Shown: in pieces, positions 35,398-37,621 of the stretch
Layout of the letters: every line of letters starts with the position of its first letter
How positions within the stretch are numbered: the first letter of the stretch is position 1
Assembly (NCBI RefSeq): GCF_001194135.2
Contig: NC_068986.1
Location: 18,344,546-18,382,166 of the forward strand
Origin: Octopus bimaculoides
Lineage: Eukaryota
DNA: 37,621 bases
Direction: 5' to 3'
Translations under genes and position numbers: made by a program
The notes under the pieces: model-generated
The model's database searches: none
The model's input: the letters and a program-made list of their open reading frames with translations, nothing else
Told to the model about the DNA's origin: nothing

Positions 35398-35689
35398 CGA
35401 GGTTCAGTTTAATAGTAAGAGGTATATACGCCCGTTTTATATTGGAAATGGAACACCAACATAAACGACAAAATGAAGGGTAGTGCTGATACACAAGGTG
35501 AAAGAGAAGTGAGAGAAATTCAACGAGCGTTTTCTGCTGTAGTCATGGGCTGACTAAATCCATGCTAGTACAATTAGTAAGCAGAAAATGGAGAACCAAC
35601 TGTGTATATGTGCCTGAGTGCGTATGAATGTATGCGTGTGTGTGTGTGCACGCGCGTGCATGTGTGCATTTGCTTGAGTGTGTGTGTGT

Positions 35690-35892
35690 TAGTGGCCTGT
35701 TTTCCACACCACCACTTGGAAAACATGGTTGGCATGTTTATATTAACGTAACTTAATTCGGCGGAGCGGACCGATAGAATACGTGTCGGACTTGAAACTA
35801 AGTACTCAATTCGATTTGTTTGACGAAACATTTCAAGGGAGTTGTCCCAGCATTGCGTAATCTATTGACTGAAACAAGTAAAAGATAAAAGT
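35690..35892 (+). mobile_element. SINE family A 3' part
   Basis: GTAACTTAATTCGG...GACCGATAGAATAC...CCCAGCATTG...GACTGAAACAAGTAAAAGATAAAA. Confidence 0.8.
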
Positions 35893-36286
35893 GAAACGAC
35901 AAAAGAAAACACGGCAACACAACTCGACAAATTCAACAAAAGGTAATGCAGCCTCACTGAGCAAACACTTTACCAGCGATCACTTCAGCAAACAGTACAC
36001 ACAATATAATAGAGTACACTTCATCTCCTTCTGTCTAACGATGTTATCATCAAGTGAGCTGACGTCACGTCTGCCATCGATGAACTACGGTGACTTGGCA
36101 GGGTCGTAACCGAAGGAAGGTCAAACGAATTTCTGAGTGATGAAGTCAAGGGATATGTCTTAAGTCAAATTAGAAGGAAAATAAAGTTGGTGGAAATACT
36201 GACAATTTCGTTTTAAAGAGAATGTATTTAGTTTTATGTATTTTGTAAGTAAAATATTCATGGAAGTAAGTACGTGTGTATGTATG

Positions 36287-36326
<40 letters not shown>

Positions 36327-37140
36327 TGTATGTGTGTGTGGATGTTTATGTATGTAGGTATGCATATACATTTGTATATGTGTCTGTAGATATACATATA
36401 TATATATNNNNNNNNNNNNNNNNNNNNNNNNNNNNNNNNNNNNNNNNNNNNNNNNNNNNNNNNNNNNNNNNNNNNNNNNNNNNNNNNNNNNNNNNNNNNN
36501 NNNNNNNNNNNNNNNNNNNNNNNNNNNNNNNNNNNNNNNNNNNNNNNNNNNNNNNNNNNNNNNNNNNNNNNNNNNNNNNNNNNNNNNNNNNNNNNNNNNN
36601 NNNNNNNNNNNNNNNNNNNNNNNNNNNNNNNNNNNNNNNNNNNNNNNNNNNNNNNNNNNNNNNNNNNNNNNNNNNNNNNNNNNNNNNNNNNNNNNNNNNN
36701 NNNNNNNNNNNNNNNNNNNNNNNNNNNNNNNNNNNNNNNNNNNNNNNNNNNNNNNNNNNNNNNNNNNNNNNNNNNNNNNNNNNNNNNNNNNNNNNNNNNN
36801 NNNNNNNNNNNNNNNNNNNNNNNNNNNNNNNNNNNNNNNNNNNNNNNNNNNNNNNNNNNNNNNNNNNNNNNNNNNNNNNNNNNNNNNNNNNNNNNNNNNN
36901 NNNNNNNNNNNNNNATATATATATATATATATATATATATACATGTGTTTGAGTGTGTCTATGTGTGTGTACACGGAAACCCACACACACACACACACAA
37001 CAGACACGTGGACGGAGAGTCGCTGAAGAGGTTACAGGATGTGTGACGAAAGATTTCCGGACATAGGACATAAAATAATAATTAACGAGTGAAGAATGAC
37101 AGAAGAGTGTGTGTGTTTATTTGGCGAGCAAAAAATGACG

Positions 37141-37497
37141 GATTGGCTGTGTAGTAAGTAGTTCGCTTACGAACCATATGGTCCCGGGTTCAGTCCCACT
37201 GCGTGACACCTTGGGCAAGTGTTGCCTACCATAGCCTTGGGCCCACCAAAATCTTGTGCGCGGATTTGGTAGACGGAAACTGAAAGAAGACTGTCGTATG
37301 TATATATATATATACATGTGTATGTGTGTGTTTCTTTTTGTCCCCCACCGTCGCTTCACAAACGATGTTGATGTGTTTACGTCCCCGTAACTTAGCGATT
37401 CGACAATGAGTCCGATAGGATAAGTACTAGACTTACAAAGAATGAGACCTCGTGTAGATTCATTCGACTAAAGGCGGTACTCCAGAATGGACGCAAC
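37141..37497 (+). mobile_element. tRNA-derived SINE family A (CORE-like), full length
   Basis: A-box-like TGGCTGTGTAGTAAG, B-box-like GGGTTCAGTCCC, CORE-like GACACCTTGGGCAAGTG, internal microsatellite and tail to GGCGGTACTCCAGAATGG. Confidence 0.9.
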
Positions 37498-37551
37498 GTG
37501 TCCATATACATATGTATATGTATGCATATATATATATATATATGTATGCGC

Positions 37552-37605
37552 ATTAAACTAATACATCTGTTTGTTGTCTACACCACCTGTCTTCGTCTTT
37601 TGTTT
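37552..37605 (+). mobile_element. Third, truncated copy of the PLE-like terminal repeat
   Basis: AAACTAATACATCTGTTTGTTGTCTACACCACCTGTCTTCGTCTTTT matches the distal part of 15815-15935; the hammerhead-like part is absent. Confidence 0.65.
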
Positions 37606-37621
37606 TTTTTTTTTTTTTTTT

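Noticed and set aside
36060-36067. CRE palindrome TGACGTCA
   Set aside because: A single 8-mer with no promoter evidence; plausible by chance in a window this size.
37141-37200. tRNA gene-like A/B boxes
   Set aside because: They are SINE heads with no complete cloverleaf and continue into SINE body sequence.
1-37621. Most ORF-track entries (poly-YI, HT, CV, SL, RE, X runs)
   Set aside because: They are translations of TA/CA/GA microsatellites or N gaps.
1-37621. CRISPR array or prokaryotic operon
   Set aside because: No regularly spaced repeat-spacer array and no dense coding sequence; the 19-bp repeat at 35317 has no spacers.

Overview
Repeat-dense, AT-rich eukaryotic DNA from a gapped draft assembly (about ten N-runs, nearly all bordered by TA/CA/GA microsatellites). 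The SINE families and microsatellite style point to a coleoid cephalopod, most likely Octopus (inference from recognising the repeats, not from a search). No host protein-coding gene can be identified, and almost all ORF-track entries are microsatellite or gap artefacts. Supported content: (1) many copies of two tRNA-derived SINE families, including a head-to-tail stack at 3.2-4.0 kb; (2) a mariner transposase C-terminus with its 3' TIR; (3) a 988-bp internally deleted hAT (hATm-like) element with both TIRs and an 8-bp TSD; (4) a stop-free 105-codon fragment of a Penelope-like element (PLE) running into a gap; (5) a near-canonical type I hammerhead ribozyme at 9265-9344 and two minimal hammerhead-like motifs with a shared variant core inside a dispersed PLE-like terminal repeat; (6) a pre-miRNA-sized hairpin at 21346-21432; (7) several near-identical 40-100 bp direct duplications next to retroelement pieces. 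The most interesting theme is the PLE/hammerhead footprint and its link to long local duplications.
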